From positions 28,633-92,632 of the forward strand of contig JAZDNO010000031.1 in NCBI GenBank assembly GCA_043799545.1: 64,000 nucleotides of DNA, written 5' to 3'. Below, one piece after another: positions 28,417-38,575 of this stretch. The position numbers and the translations under genes were made by a program. This DNA is from Methanobacteriota archaeon. GTDB taxonomy: Archaea; Thermoplasmatota; Thermoplasmata; SG8-5; DAIRED01. The notes below the pieces were generated by a model. It saw nothing but the letters and a program-made list of their open reading frames with translations, had not been told where the DNA came from and ran no database searches. Within the stretch, counting starts at the first letter, position 1. The number at the start of each line of letters is the position of its first letter.

Positions 28417-29670
28417 GTGTCGTCCACGGGCAGGAGCTTGAAGAACCTATTGAGGAACAAGACAAGGACTTTCGCCGTCGTCCTGATAATCGGTCTGAGC
28501 ATCTGTGTTTACCTTTCGATGTCCATAGTGAGCGGGAACATAAGCAACGACGCGTCGGACCTCGCCGAGGGCATGGACACGACCGTCACGGTGAGGGCGG
28601 CCGGGACATTCGGACCGATGAGCGGGGATGCGATGAACGAGTCAGTCGTCCCGACGATACGCACGGTCTCGTACGTCGTCAACGTCCAGAGGCTCGCAGT
28701 CGTGATGGACCGAGGGGACGACAGTGGGACGTTACAACCGGGCGAGTTTGGCGGGAGGCCCAGCATGCTGATGATGCAGGGCATTGATCCGTGGGGGGGC
28801 ATAATTTTAAACACAGGTGGTACAGTTGAGATCACCTCCGGCAGGACCATCGATGAGGCCGAGACGAACGCCTTTGTCGCCATAATCGGCGAGAACTACG
28901 CAGCGACTAACTCTTTAGCAGTCGGAAGCACGCTGGATGTCAACGGGACTTCCATCCAGGTCGTGGGGCTTTTCAGCAGCGGCAACAGGTTCGGAGACGA
29001 CGCCATCATCATGCCCTACGAGACGTTGAAGGCGGCTCGGGAGCTGGAAGGCCCGAACACGGTCTATGTCAAGATTGATTCGATAGGCAACATGGAATCG
29101 GCCGAGGCGGCCCTCAAGACTGCTCTCGGAGACGAATACGACGTAGTCCCCGCGACGGAGGTGCGGGGCGATTTCATGCAGCAGAACATCGACAACATCA
29201 AGGCCAACAGCCAGCTTAGCTCGATTGTCGCCCTCATCACGGCGAGCGTCGTGATGGTATTTGTCATGGTCCTCATCACCCGCGAGCGAATCAAGGAGAT
29301 TGGCATTCTAAAGGCGATAGGCTTCAAGAATTCAAAAATTATCTCCCAGTTCCTGACGGAATCGATGGCGCTGGCCGTAATCGGTTTCGTTGTCGGCATC
29401 GCGATGACGATGGTCATGGGGCCGTACATAGCAAACACTGTTCTCGGCACATCGACGACTTCCAATATGCCCGGGGGCGGCATGACCTTCCAGGGTCGGC
29501 CTGGAGGCGTCGGTGGCATGGCCTCAGCAACGCTGGATTTCAGCCTCAGCGCGGACCTCGTCGTTTACACATTGGTATTCGCAATCGTCCTTGGAATCAT
29601 AGGCGCGATGTACCCAGTGCTCCGCGCGATAAAGCTCAGGCCAGCTGACGCGCTCAGGTACACGGAGTGA
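28417..29670 (+). CDS. MacB/FtsX-family ABC permease
   Basis: RNKTRT..., periplasmic-type loop, ERIKEIGILKAIG, A.KL.PADALR; GTG start with AGGAG SD. Confidence 0.9.
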   Translation: MSSTGRSLKNLLRNKTRTFAVVLIIGLSICVYLSMSIVSGNISNDASDLAEGMDTTVTVRAAGTFGPMSGDAMNESVVPTIRTVSYVVNVQRLAVVMDRGDDSGTLQPGEFGGRPSMLMMQGIDPWGGIILNTGGTVEITSGRTIDEAETNAFVAIIGENYAATNSLAVGSTLDVNGTSIQVVGLFSSGNRFGDDAIIMPYETLKAARELEGPNTVYVKIDSIGNMESAEAALKTALGDEYDVVPATEVRGDFMQQNIDNIKANSQLSSIVALITASVVMVFVMVLITRERIKEIGILKAIGFKNSKIISQFLTESMALAVIGFVVGIAMTMVMGPYIANTVLGTSTTSNMPGGGMTFQGRPGGVGGMASATLDFSLSADLVVYTLVFAIVLGIIGAMYPVLRAIKLRPADALRYTE

Positions 29671-29679
29671 GGTGAGAGC

Positions 29680-30681
29680 ATGAACCCAAGCGAAATGGAA
29701 GCAAAGGCCATCGCAGTCAAAACTCCTGGCGAAGCATCGAGGGCGGCGGACGCACCTGAGGTTGAAAAGGAAGATTACGTCGTAGTCCTGGAGGACGTGT
29801 CCAAGGATTTCGCAGTCAGGGGTCAGAGCACGCCAGTCCATGCCCTCAAGGGCGTGAACATGAAAGTTCCGAGGGGAGCGCTCGTCGCTGTCAAGGGAGA
29901 GAGCGGCAGCGGCAAGACTACGCTGCTGCAAATCGTCGGCGCACTGGACGTGCCTACGGACGGCGTCGTATTCGTCGGGGACAGGGACATCTCGGCGATG
30001 AGCGAGAGCGAGCTGACGAATCACCGCGCAAAGACCGTGGGCTTCATATTCCAGAACTTCAACCTGATACCGAACCTGTCTGCGCTGGAGAACGTCGAGC
30101 TGCCGATGGAGGCGCTCGACCGCCCGACGGCGGAGCGGAGGCGCGCGGCGGTAGACCTTCTCACAACTGTGGGGATGGAGCACAGGATGGACTACAAGCC
30201 CATGAAGCTCAGCGGCGGGGAGCAGCAGCGGGTAGCCATCGCGAGGGCGCTGGCCAACGACCCGACGATCGTGTTGGCGGACGAGCCGACGGGCAACCTG
30301 GATTCCAAGACGGGCGCGTCGATAGTCGAGCTGCTTAACAAGCTGAGGACCGAGCGCGGCACGACAATCATCATGGTCACGCACTCGGAGGAGGCGGCGC
30401 GCGCTGCGGACTTTGCCTACATCATAAGCGACGGGGCCATCACAAACAAAAAGGACCTTGGCGAGGAGTTCGAGATGGCATCCAGGAAGAAAGCGTTGCG
30501 CGAAGAGCTTGCCGTGACGGCGGGCATAGCCAGCAGGCTATTCTCGGCAGGGTACGACGACGTGGATACAATCGACGACCGCGACCTGGCCGACCTCACC
30601 GAGGTCGTCGGGGACGAGAAGCAAGCCAAGAAGATAATCCGGAACGCAGAGAGGGCGAGGAAGAAACGGGACAGGCAGTAA
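29680..30681 (+). CDS. LolD/MacB-type ABC ATP-binding protein with C-terminal HhH-like extension
   Basis: GESGSGKT, GFIFQNFNL, LSGGEQQR, LADEPTGNLD, VTH. Confidence 0.92.
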   Translation: MNPSEMEAKAIAVKTPGEASRAADAPEVEKEDYVVVLEDVSKDFAVRGQSTPVHALKGVNMKVPRGALVAVKGESGSGKTTLLQIVGALDVPTDGVVFVGDRDISAMSESELTNHRAKTVGFIFQNFNLIPNLSALENVELPMEALDRPTAERRRAAVDLLTTVGMEHRMDYKPMKLSGGEQQRVAIARALANDPTIVLADEPTGNLDSKTGASIVELLNKLRTERGTTIIMVTHSEEAARAADFAYIISDGAITNKKDLGEEFEMASRKKALREELAVTAGIASRLFSAGYDDVDTIDDRDLADLTEVVGDEKQAKKIIRNAERARKKRDRQ

Positions 30682-30766
30682 ATCCATCCGCGGAATCGGG
30701 TGTTGTGCGGCCCGCTGCGGCAATTCGGGCGCAACCGATATATCGCACAATGTAATCCACGGCTGG

Positions 30767-31342
30767 ATGGCAGATTGGCTCGTCGCCTTCGGCACCGCGT
30801 TCGCGATGATATTCCTCTTCGAGATGGGGGACAAGACCCAGCTCATGACAATATCGTTCGCCGCGAAATATCCGCGCTGGCTCGTCTTCTGGGCGGTTTA
30901 TTCCGCGATGGCCCTGCTCACCCTGATGGCCGTGGCGATAGGCGGGGTGATAACCAGGTACGTTCCGATTCACCTCATCCAGGTCGTGTCGGGAATAGTT
31001 TTCATCCTGTTCGGAGTCTGGGGGCTCTGGAAGATGAACGAGGAGGGGGACGGCGACGGCGAGGAAAGGGACGGGCGGAAGCCATTCGCCATGATTTTCA
31101 CCATGCTGGTCCTCGCCGAACTCGGGGACAAGACGCAGCTCGCGACAATAACATTGGCGTCGTCCTACGACTGGCTGCCGGTCGCATTGGGGGGGCTGCT
31201 GGGCTTTGCAGCGGTAGTCGCGCTCGGCGTAGCGCTGGGCGAGGTCATAGCCCGCAAGGTCAAGAGGGAGTACGTCGTAATCGGGGCGGCTGTGTTCTCG
31301 ATGGCGATGGGGGCGTATTTCATCTGCGAGGCGTTAATCTAG
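30767..31342 (+). CDS. TMEM165/GDT1 (UPF0016) cation transporter
   Basis: Two signature motifs, EMGDKTQ and ELGDKTQ. Confidence 0.92.
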   Translation: MADWLVAFGTAFAMIFLFEMGDKTQLMTISFAAKYPRWLVFWAVYSAMALLTLMAVAIGGVITRYVPIHLIQVVSGIVFILFGVWGLWKMNEEGDGDGEERDGRKPFAMIFTMLVLAELGDKTQLATITLASSYDWLPVALGGLLGFAAVVALGVALGEVIARKVKREYVVIGAAVFSMAMGAYFICEALI

Positions 31343-31414
31343 AAATAGCACTTTCGGACAACCCCGGTACTAACCCTTATATCCGCCGCAGCCAATCCGA
31401 GTGCAGGGATAAAC

Positions 31415-32356
31415 ATGCCCGAGATGAAAGTAGAAGAACTGCCAGGAGTGGGGGCCGCGACCGCGGAGAAGCTGAAAGATGCCGGATACACGACGGTCAT
31501 GCAGGTTGCGGTCGAGTCCCCGAAGACGCTGGCCGAGCTCACGGAAATCGGCGAAGCCGTGGCCGCGAAAATCATCGCCGCAGCGAAGAAGAACGCAGAG
31601 ATAGGCGGATTCGAAACCGGCGATGTCGTGATGGAGCGCAGGAAGACGGTATCCAAGCTCACGACATGCTCCAAGGCCTTCAACGACCTGATGGGGGGCG
31701 GCTTCGAAACGCAGGCGATAGTGGAGCTGTTTGGGGAATTCGGCTCTGGCAAGACTCAGATCGCGCACCAGTGCGCAGTCACGGCCCAGCTTCCCGAGGA
31801 CAAGGGCGGCCTCGACAGCGACGTCATCATCATAGACACGGAGAACACCTTCCGTCCCGAGAGGATTGTCCAGATGGCTACCGCGCTGGAGATGGATCCC
31901 GAGGACGTTCTAAAGCGCATCCACGTCGCAAGAGCATACAACTCGCACCACCAGATGCTCCTCGTCGAAAAGGCTGACGCGATTGTGAAGAAGCACAAGG
32001 TCCGCCTCATCATCGTCGATTCGCTCACGGCCCACTTCAGGGCCGAGTACATCGGCAGGGGCACGCTGGCCGACAGGCAGCAGAAGCTGAACACCCACAT
32101 GCACGACCTCCTGCACTTCGGAGACATGAACAACGCGCTCATTGTCGTGACGAACCAGGTCTCGGCGAAACCGGACACGTTCTTCGGCGACCCGACGCGC
32201 CCAATCGGTGGCCACATAGTCGGACACACCGCCACGTTCCGCCTCTATCTCCGCAAGAGCAAGGGCGGGAAGCGCATAGCCAGGCTCATCGACTCTCCCA
32301 ACCTCCCCGAGGCCGAGGCGGTCATCACCGTGAGCGAGGTCGGGATAAGGGACTGA
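31415..32356 (+). CDS. radA: DNA repair and recombination protein RadA
   Basis: N-terminal Hh[37 protein letters not shown]; no intein. Confidence 0.97.
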   Translation: MPEMKVEELPGVGAATAEKLKDAGYTTVMQVAVESPKTLAELTEIGEAVAAKIIAAAKKNAEIGGFETGDVVMERRKTVSKLTTCSKAFNDLMGGGFETQAIVELFGEFGSGKTQIAHQCAVTAQLPEDKGGLDSDVIIIDTENTFRPERIVQMATALEMDPEDVLKRIHVARAYNSHHQMLLVEKADAIVKKHKVRLIIVDSLTAHFRAEYIGRGTLADRQQKLNTHMHDLLHFGDMNNALIVVTNQVSAKPDTFFGDPTRPIGGHIVGHTATFRLYLRKSKGGKRIARLIDSPNLPEAEAVITVSEVGIRD

Positions 32357-32434
32357 AAGGGCTGGTTAACAGCCATTTGGCGATTCAGCCTAGTCTCGAA
32401 ACGTTTATATATCAACCATCCCTCCGAAGCTTGG

Positions 32435-33265
32435 ATGCCGATAAGCGTCGTAATCATTGCCAGGAACGCCGAGAACTACATGCGGGATTGCCTCGACAGC
32501 CTGGTCTGGCAGTCCAGGCACCCGCACGAGGTCATCGTGGTCGACGCCGAGAGCACGGACTCCACCCAGGCCATCGTCCGGGAGCACGAGAAGGCGCACG
32601 CATTCGTCAAGCTCTACGTCGAGCCTGGCACTCGGGGGGAAGGGCGCAACTACGGAGCGTCCAAGGCGACTGGCGATATCATCGCATTTGTCGACGCGGA
32701 TGCAATATGCAACGCGCTCTGGGTCGAGGGTATGGAGAACGCCTTCGCCGCCGGTGCGGACGTGGTCGCCGGGCGCGAGGTGCGCCTGGGATACACTGGC
32801 TTCACATCGCTCAAGCGCGTCGGGATGCTTCACAAGGGAGTGGACGTAACATACCCGAGCGTGAATCTGGCCTATAAAAAATCCGTGTTCGAGGCCATAG
32901 GCGGTTTCGACCCGTGGTTCAAGGAGGCGGAGGAGGTGGACCTTAACTTCCGCGCTGTCGACGCCGGTTACAAGCTGGTGTTCTGGGACAGGGCGATAGT
33001 CTATCACCGCGCCCGCGAGACCTTCACGGGCTTCTTCAAGCAGTCGTTCTGGTACGGCTTCGGGCGCAAGGAGCTCACGCTGCGCCACGGCAAGCTCTGG
33101 TCCAAGTACGACCCGGTCCACATGGTCCAGGTCACCTCGGACGAGTCGTTCTGGAAGCTGGTGCGCCTGGGGATATCCTTCTTGGGCTTCCTTTTCTGCA
33201 AGCTGGTTGGAAAGAAGAAAGACAGCAAGGAGAGGTTCCGCGTTTCAAAGGCGAGCGAACGGTGA
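32435..33265 (+). CDS. Glycosyltransferase family 2
   Basis: ISVVI.ARN, VVDAESTD, RNYG, FVDAD, GGFD, EEVDL. Confidence 0.9.
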   Translation: MPISVVIIARNAENYMRDCLDSLVWQSRHPHEVIVVDAESTDSTQAIVREHEKAHAFVKLYVEPGTRGEGRNYGASKATGDIIAFVDADAICNALWVEGMENAFAAGADVVAGREVRLGYTGFTSLKRVGMLHKGVDVTYPSVNLAYKKSVFEAIGGFDPWFKEAEEVDLNFRAVDAGYKLVFWDRAIVYHRARETFTGFFKQSFWYGFGRKELTLRHGKLWSKYDPVHMVQVTSDESFWKLVRLGISFLGFLFCKLVGKKKDSKERFRVSKASER

Positions 33266-33272
33266 GGGGCTT

Positions 33273-34088
33273 TCAATCCTCTCCTTCCCAAATCCTCATG
33301 TAATAATCGTTGATGAGGTTCCACCCGTAATCGTACTTGCTCCAGTCGCTTACAAAATAGTTAGCGATAGCGCTGCACCTGTAGAACTCCCCCGAAACGT
33401 ATGGCTTGTTGCCGTGGTCCGGGTGCGCGTCGGCCAGCTCTGGGCGGCAACGAAGGTCCCACGCGCTTGCCAGGCCCCCTTCCGGTTTTGCATAGCACGC
33501 GTCGCTCGTCGCGTCGAACACGGCCCAGCTTCCGACCCCTCCGCTCCTGATGTAGATTTCGACGACCCCGTGCCCCCAGTTCTTCCTAGTCATGTCGAAC
33601 AAGTAAACGAGCCTCGAAGGCATTCCAGCAACTTGAGCCAGGGCGCAGAGCACCCTGGAAAGCTCCGTGCAGACGTAAGTCCCCCGCTTGATGAGTTCCT
33701 CCTCAGTCCCGCCGAAGAGCATCGTGTCCGTCGTCCAGAAACCTTTCTCCGTGCTCTTCTCCGGAGTCGGGAACTGGCTCTGGATTCCCGAGCACCATCG
33801 CGCGAGCGATTTCGCCCTGAGCTCGTCGCCGGACTGTCTAGCCACCCGTCCGACGATACCCTCAAGGTACGGGCGCCCGCCTTTTTTGTAAGTTGCCCGC
33901 AATGGCGCACAATCCGAATACAACCACCCCTCGGTCTCGGGCAAGAGCTTGACCATCTCGTCGAGCAGTACGGAATCCACGGTTCCCGGGGCGTGGAGGT
34001 CGTTCTCCAGGCTCAGGAGCTCGTCGTACGTTCCGAAACCCGTGCGCCCCTTGTAAGCTTTGAGATTCATGCCAGGTTTCATTTCCAT
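33273..34088 (-). CDS. Transglutaminase-like cysteine protease-fold protein
   Basis: Putative triad in YVCTELSR, GHGVVE and VFDAT; start moved to ATG 34088. Confidence 0.7.
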   Translation of the reverse strand: MEMKPGMNLKAYKGRTGFGTYDELLSLENDLHAPGTVDSVLLDEMVKLLPETEGWLYSDCAPLRATYKKGGRPYLEGIVGRVARQSGDELRAKSLARWCSGIQSQFPTPEKSTEKGFWTTDTMLFGGTEEELIKRGTYVCTELSRVLCALAQVAGMPSRLVYLFDMTRKNWGHGVVEIYIRSGGVGSWAVFDATSDACYAKPEGGLASAWDLRCRPELADAHPDHGNKPYVSGEFYRCSAIANYFVSDWSKYDYGWNLINDYYMRIWEGED

Positions 34089-34199
34089 GTGAGAACGAAC
34101 GGCGAATGGAATAATATAATTTGCGACGCAGGTCGCATCTCCGCCACTTTCGCCTCCCCCCACATAATCATATTTAACTCTCCAGGCGTTTGGGGGACA

Positions 34200-36095
34200 A
34201 TGCCCAAGCCCCTCTTCCCATACGAGCCGCGCGCGAACCAGCGCGAGTTCATGTCCCTCGTGAGGCGAACCCTCAAGGAGCAGTCCCACGTCGTCGTCGA
34301 GTCCGGCACGGGCTCTGGCAAGACCGTGTGCGCCCTGGTCCCCTGCGTCGAACACGCGATGAGGAAACACAAGAAGGTCGTCTACCTCACGCGCACGAAC
34401 TCCCAGCAGCGCCAGGTCATCCGCGAGTCCAGGGCAATCGCCAAGAAGGGCATGTTCTTCGCCTGCGGCGTCCAGGGCCGGCAGAACACATGCCTGATGC
34501 TCGAAACGGACCCCGAGTTCCGCGAGGGCTCCCCCGACGAGCTGGCCAAGTGGTGCGGCGAGATGAAGCGGCGCACTTTGAAGGGCAAGCCCGGCGGTTG
34601 CAATTTCTACGCCAAGCTCGTGGAGGCCGACAAGGACGCGCTCGATGCCTGGGCGAAGGAGCGCATCCCGACGGTCGAGGAGTTCGCGGCCCGCTGCCGA
34701 TCCATCGGCGTCTGCCCGTACGAGGCGAACAAGCTCCTGATTCCAGATGCGCTGGTCGTCACCGCACCGTACGTCTACTTCTTCACGCCGCAGATCGTCC
34801 GCACGCTGGTAAGCTGGATGGGCGTGACATTGGAGGACGTCATCCTCGTCGTGGACGAGGCCCACAACCTCCCGGAGTACGCCAGGGAGCTGCGCTCGGC
34901 CGAGCTCTCTTCGTGGACGCTCCGAGCCGCAGCGCGCGAAGCCGAGAAGTTCGGAGACTCCGAGCTGCTGCCGGGGACGAGCGTGGCCGACTTCTGCCGC
35001 CTCGCGGACGAAACCCTGGGCTACATCGCCGCCGAGTACGTGGCCGACGAGGACGGCCTCGTTCCGCCGAACGAGCTGGAGGGCGCTCTGATGAACGCGC
35101 TGAAGGTCACAAGCTTCAAGCTCCGCACGGTCTTCGAGAACCTCGTGGACTACGGAGAGATTGTCTCCGACTCGCGCCGCAAGGACGGCAGGCTCCCGCG
35201 CTCGTACGCGAGGGCCGTGGGCGCTTTCATGCTGTTCTGGCAGGCCCTGGATTCGGACGAGCACGTCAAGCTGGTCTACGGCGGGGACAACCCGAAGCTC
35301 GAGGCGTACGCCATGGACCCCTCGGGAGCCACGGAGGTCATCCTGTCCGCGCACGCGTCGCTTCACATGTCCGGCACGCTGACCCCGATGGAGGAGTACC
35401 GCGATTCGATAGGACTGCCGGCAGACACGCCGCTTGCCAAGTTTCCGAGCCCTTTCCCTCCGGGCAACAGGCTGATACTATACACCCCCGACGTGACGAC
35501 CCGGTTCGAGGATTTCTCCAGGGACGAGGACATCCTGGCCAGGATGAACGAATACATGAGGAGGATAATGGCGAGCGAGCCGCGCAACGCGATGGCTTTC
35601 TTCCCAAGCTTCAACGTCATGGCGGGCTTCTCGGGCCTCAAGAATGGGCTAGGGCGCGAGTTCTTCGAGGAGAGGAAGGGGATGCCTCAGCAGGAGCTGA
35701 TGGGCGAAGTCCAGCGCTTCAAACTTTCGGGCGGAGGCTTGATGTTCGCGGTGGAGGGCGGGCGCCTCAGCGAGGGCATCGATTTTCCGGGAAAGGAACT
35801 GGAAATCGCCTTCCTGGTCGGGATACCGTATCCCAAGCCGAGCGCCAAGCAGAAATCCCTGCTCCGCTACTACGACAACAAATTCGGAAAGGGGTGGGAG
35901 TACACGGTCAAAGCCCCCACGGCCAGGAAGATGCTCCAGAGCATAGGCCGACTGATACGGACGGAGACCGACAGGGGCGTCGCCGTCATACTAGACAGGC
36001 GGGCGACCCAGTTCTCGGACTACCTCGACGGCCTGCGCGAGGCTCGCGACCTGCCAGCGGAGGTCGCGGCCTTCTTCGCGAATCCTAAGGAATAA
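34200..36095 (+). CDS. xpd: XPD/Rad3-family Fe-S DNA helicase
   Basis: YEPRANQ, ESGTGSGKT, Fe-S cysteines, VVDEAHN, MSGTL, SEGIDF, QSIGRLIR; start ATG 34200. Confidence 0.92.
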   Translation: MPKPLFPYEPRANQREFMSLVRRTLKEQSHVVVESGTGSGKTVCALVPCVEHAMRKHKKVVYLTRTNSQQRQVIRESRAIAKKGMFFACGVQGRQNTCLMLETDPEFREGSPDELAKWCGEMKRRTLKGKPGGCNFYAKLVEADKDALDAWAKERIPTVEEFAARCRSIGVCPYEANKLLIPDALVVTAPYVYFFTPQIVRTLVSWMGVTLEDVILVVDEAHNLPEYARELRSAELSSWTLRAAAREAEKFGDSELLPGTSVADFCRLADETLGYIAAEYVADEDGLVPPNELEGALMNALKVTSFKLRTVFENLVDYGEIVSDSRRKDGRLPRSYARAVGAFMLFWQALDSDEHVKLVYGGDNPKLEAYAMDPSGATEVILSAHASLHMSGTLTPMEEYRDSIGLPADTPLAKFPSPFPPGNRLILYTPDVTTRFEDFSRDEDILARMNEYMRRIMASEPRNAMAFFPSFNVMAGFSGLKNGLGREFFEERKGMPQQELMGEVQRFKLSGGGLMFAVEGGRLSEGIDFPGKELEIAFLVGIPYPKPSAKQKSLLRYYDNKFGKGWEYTVKAPTARKMLQSIGRLIRTETDRGVAVILDRRATQFSDYLDGLREARDLPAEVAAFFANPKE

Positions 36096-36145
36096 ATAGG
36101 CAGTGCCCGATACCACCTGTGAGGACAAGCCGGAGGATACGAGGA

Positions 36146-37138
36146 ATGGCCAGGCGGACTAGGCAGCAAACCGAGAAGAGCCAAGCGCTTGACGAGGAGG
36201 TCAAGCCAGCAGCCTCGGCGTCCGAGCCCGCAGAGGCGTTAGCGTCGCCGTCCCAAACCAACAAGCCGGTCTCCCACGGCGAAATGCTTCTCCACTGGGT
36301 TACAGAGGGTTACGAGATAGGGCAGCTGGTCGGCGACCTGCGGGGCAAGAAGAACATCGAACCGTATTTCGAGGAATTCCAGAGGCGAGTCAAGAGGGCA
36401 GCGGAGATCATAGCCGAAATCGAGGTGCTCGGCACCGTACCACCAGTTCGCGTGGAAGCGCTTAGGGCGATTGCAAAGGAACCCGCACGTCTCGCTGAAC
36501 TGGAGAAGGAACTATCAGACTGGAGGGATGGCCCAAAGCTGAAGGAGATGAAGGCCGAATTCATGAGCCTCAATATCAAGGGATTCGAGGACGCAGCCCG
36601 AGTGATTCAGGGTAAGTTCTCGGATCCTTCCAAGCGTGGCGAAATCGAGAAAGACATACACGATTTGAAGCACAAAATAAAAGAACGGTTCTTCGAACAG
36701 GAATTCGCAGTACATCTGGAGCCAGTGCCGGAAACGTCTGCACACCCCCTGGCCGAGACGATTTTCATCATCCACAGGGACGGAACGCTGCTCTCAGTCA
36801 AGAGCAAGCAGTCGAAGGAGCAGGTGGACAAAAAGGCTCTCAGCCACATGGTGATAGAGATTCGCGAGAGGATGTCAAAGGGCTCGAAAGAATGCTTCGA
36901 TGCAGACGGCTCGCGCGTCATCATGGAGAACGGCCAGCACGTGTGCGTGGCCGTGGCCTTCAAGGGCGATGAGCTCCCGATAATGCGCAAGGTCATAGAC
37001 AAGGTCGTTCAGATAATGGAGCGCAAGAACGCCGCCGTTTTCTCGAACTGGACCGGCGACCGGGCAAGGCTCATAGACATGGAGCGGTACCCGACGGCCC
37101 TGTTCCAGGCGCTGGAGCAGATGGAGAAGAAGGAGTAG
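36146..37138 (+). CDS. Helical-repeat protein with a C-terminal longin/roadblock-like domain (tentative)
   Basis: Coiled/helical centre, then ETIFIIHRDGTLLS...; GGAGG SD. Confidence 0.6.
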   Translation: MARRTRQQTEKSQALDEEVKPAASASEPAEALASPSQTNKPVSHGEMLLHWVTEGYEIGQLVGDLRGKKNIEPYFEEFQRRVKRAAEIIAEIEVLGTVPPVRVEALRAIAKEPARLAELEKELSDWRDGPKLKEMKAEFMSLNIKGFEDAARVIQGKFSDPSKRGEIEKDIHDLKHKIKERFFEQEFAVHLEPVPETSAHPLAETIFIIHRDGTLLSVKSKQSKEQVDKKALSHMVIEIRERMSKGSKECFDADGSRVIMENGQHVCVAVAFKGDELPIMRKVIDKVVQIMERKNAAVFSNWTGDRARLIDMERYPTALFQALEQMEKKE

Positions 37139-37209
37139 TCGTCACTCAGAAATAACTGGTGTGGGCGTCAGACATTCATTCCGATATGAATGGCGTTGAC
37201 GCCAGTTAT

Positions 37210-37911
37210 TTATTCCGATATAACTGGCGTAGCCACGAATTTCCCATCGCGGTACATCAGCCTGTGCCAGCCGTGCGTGTGGCGGGTGCGCCTCATCTTC
37301 AGGCACCTGATGCGGAGCTGCATGTCCGACTCCCCGACCTCGTGGAGCTTCAGGTGAAGAATGCCGTCCGCGAGGTAATCCTCGTCGTGGTTGACGAGCG
37401 AATCCGTACCGTGCGGGACCTCGCTGATGAGGAAGATGTTGGCCTTCAGCTCCTTGAGGAACCGCATGAACTGGAACAGCTCGACGCGCGGGTGCTTCAG
37501 GCTCGCGAGGGCGTACAGCGCCGCGAGGGAGTCTATGACCACAATGTCGAACCCGTTGCCCTTCACCCTCTGCTCGACGTACTTGGAAAGAATCTCCAGC
37601 CAGTTCTTGCCGTACTCCTCGTCCCGGTGCTCCATCCTAATCTTGCCAACGTCGACCAGGAAGACGTCCAGGTCGTCGAGGTTGCCCATCCCCAGGTCCT
37701 CCATCGCCCCCCTGATGTTCTCGTACCCCTCCTCCAGGGAGATGTAGAGGCCCTTCATCCCAGCCTCCTTGGCGTTGTTGTAAATCATGCTGAATGCAAG
37801 CGATGTCTTCATTGTTCCCGGGGTTCCGCAGATGAGAACCACATGGCCGTCCGGTATGCCCCCGTCTATGACCTCGTCGAAACCGTCCACGAACGTCTGA
37901 ATTCGCTCCAT
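37210..37911 (-). CDS. KaiC/RAD55-like ATPase
   Basis: GFDEVIDGG, Walker A variant GTPGTMKTS, ISLEE, IDSL, KMRRT. Confidence 0.85.
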   Translation of the reverse strand: MERIQTFVDGFDEVIDGGIPDGHVVLICGTPGTMKTSLAFSMIYNNAKEAGMKGLYISLEEGYENIRGAMEDLGMGNLDDLDVFLVDVGKIRMEHRDEEYGKNWLEILSKYVEQRVKGNGFDIVVIDSLAALYALASLKHPRVELFQFMRFLKELKANIFLISEVPHGTDSLVNHDEDYLADGILHLKLHEVGESDMQLRIRCLKMRRTRHTHGWHRLMYRDGKFVATPVISE

Positions 37912-38004
37912 TTCGTATCCCCGGCTTAAATCCCACTGCCACTATAAATACTATTCTGGCCGCGTTTGGAAAGGTATTTCTCCCCCGCGCGCATCCGTGT
38001 TGCG

Positions 38005-38571
38005 ATGGACCCGTTGGGCGCGGCCTTGCTTGGGATTTGGCTATTCCTTCCAGCGATGGCGCCGAACTCTGGAGCCGTGCTGCTCGGCGGCGGCGCGCCG
38101 ATGGACTTCGGGCGCTCGATGAAGGACGGGCGGAGGGTCTTCGGGGACGGAAAGACGTGGCGAGGCTTCTTCGGTGGAATCGCCTGCGGAATTGGTCTGG
38201 GGCTCGTTCAGATGGGAATCGCGTACGCCGCAGGTTCGGGGGATTACTGGGGGTTCTCTCCATTTCCCGGGATACTCCTGGTCTTCCTTTTCTTATCCGT
38301 CGGGGCGATGCTGGGCGACCTGCTTGGCAGCTTCGTGAAGCGCAGGCTCGGCGGGGAGCGCGGGGCCAGCTACCCGGTTCTGGACATCTACGTATTCGTT
38401 GCGATGGCGATTCTCTTCGTAGCCTTGTTCCAAAACGGATGGTTCACAGAGCATTACCTGAGCGACTGGGGCTGGCTCGGCCTGGTCACGGTGCTGTCGC
38501 TCACGCCGCTTCTGCACAGGGGAGTCAATGTGATTGGTTTCAAGATGGGCAAGAAGAAGGTTCCGTGGTGA
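38005..38571 (+). CDS. carS: CDP-archaeol synthase (DUF46)
   Basis: PAMAPNSGAV, PMDFG, FGDGKTWRG, GDLLGSFVKRR, D. Confidence 0.9.
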   Translation: MDPLGAALLGIWLFLPAMAPNSGAVLLGGGAPMDFGRSMKDGRRVFGDGKTWRGFFGGIACGIGLGLVQMGIAYAAGSGDYWGFSPFPGILLVFLFLSVGAMLGDLLGSFVKRRLGGERGASYPVLDIYVFVAMAILFVALFQNGWFTEHYLSDWGWLGLVTVLSLTPLLHRGVNVIGFKMGKKKVPW

Positions 38572-38575
38572 TGGC

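Noticed and set aside
31736-31750. Genome-wide Phe-to-Ser codon reassignment implied by the odd tRNA
   Set aside because: TTC encodes universally conserved Phe positions here (for example RadA GEFGSGKT, Amt DFAG), so standard decoding dominates.
33207-35366. Long ORF-track extensions (33207..36095 + and 33273..35366 -)
   Set aside because: Stop-free shadows in GC-rich DNA; recognisable proteins start at 34200 (+) and 34088 (-).
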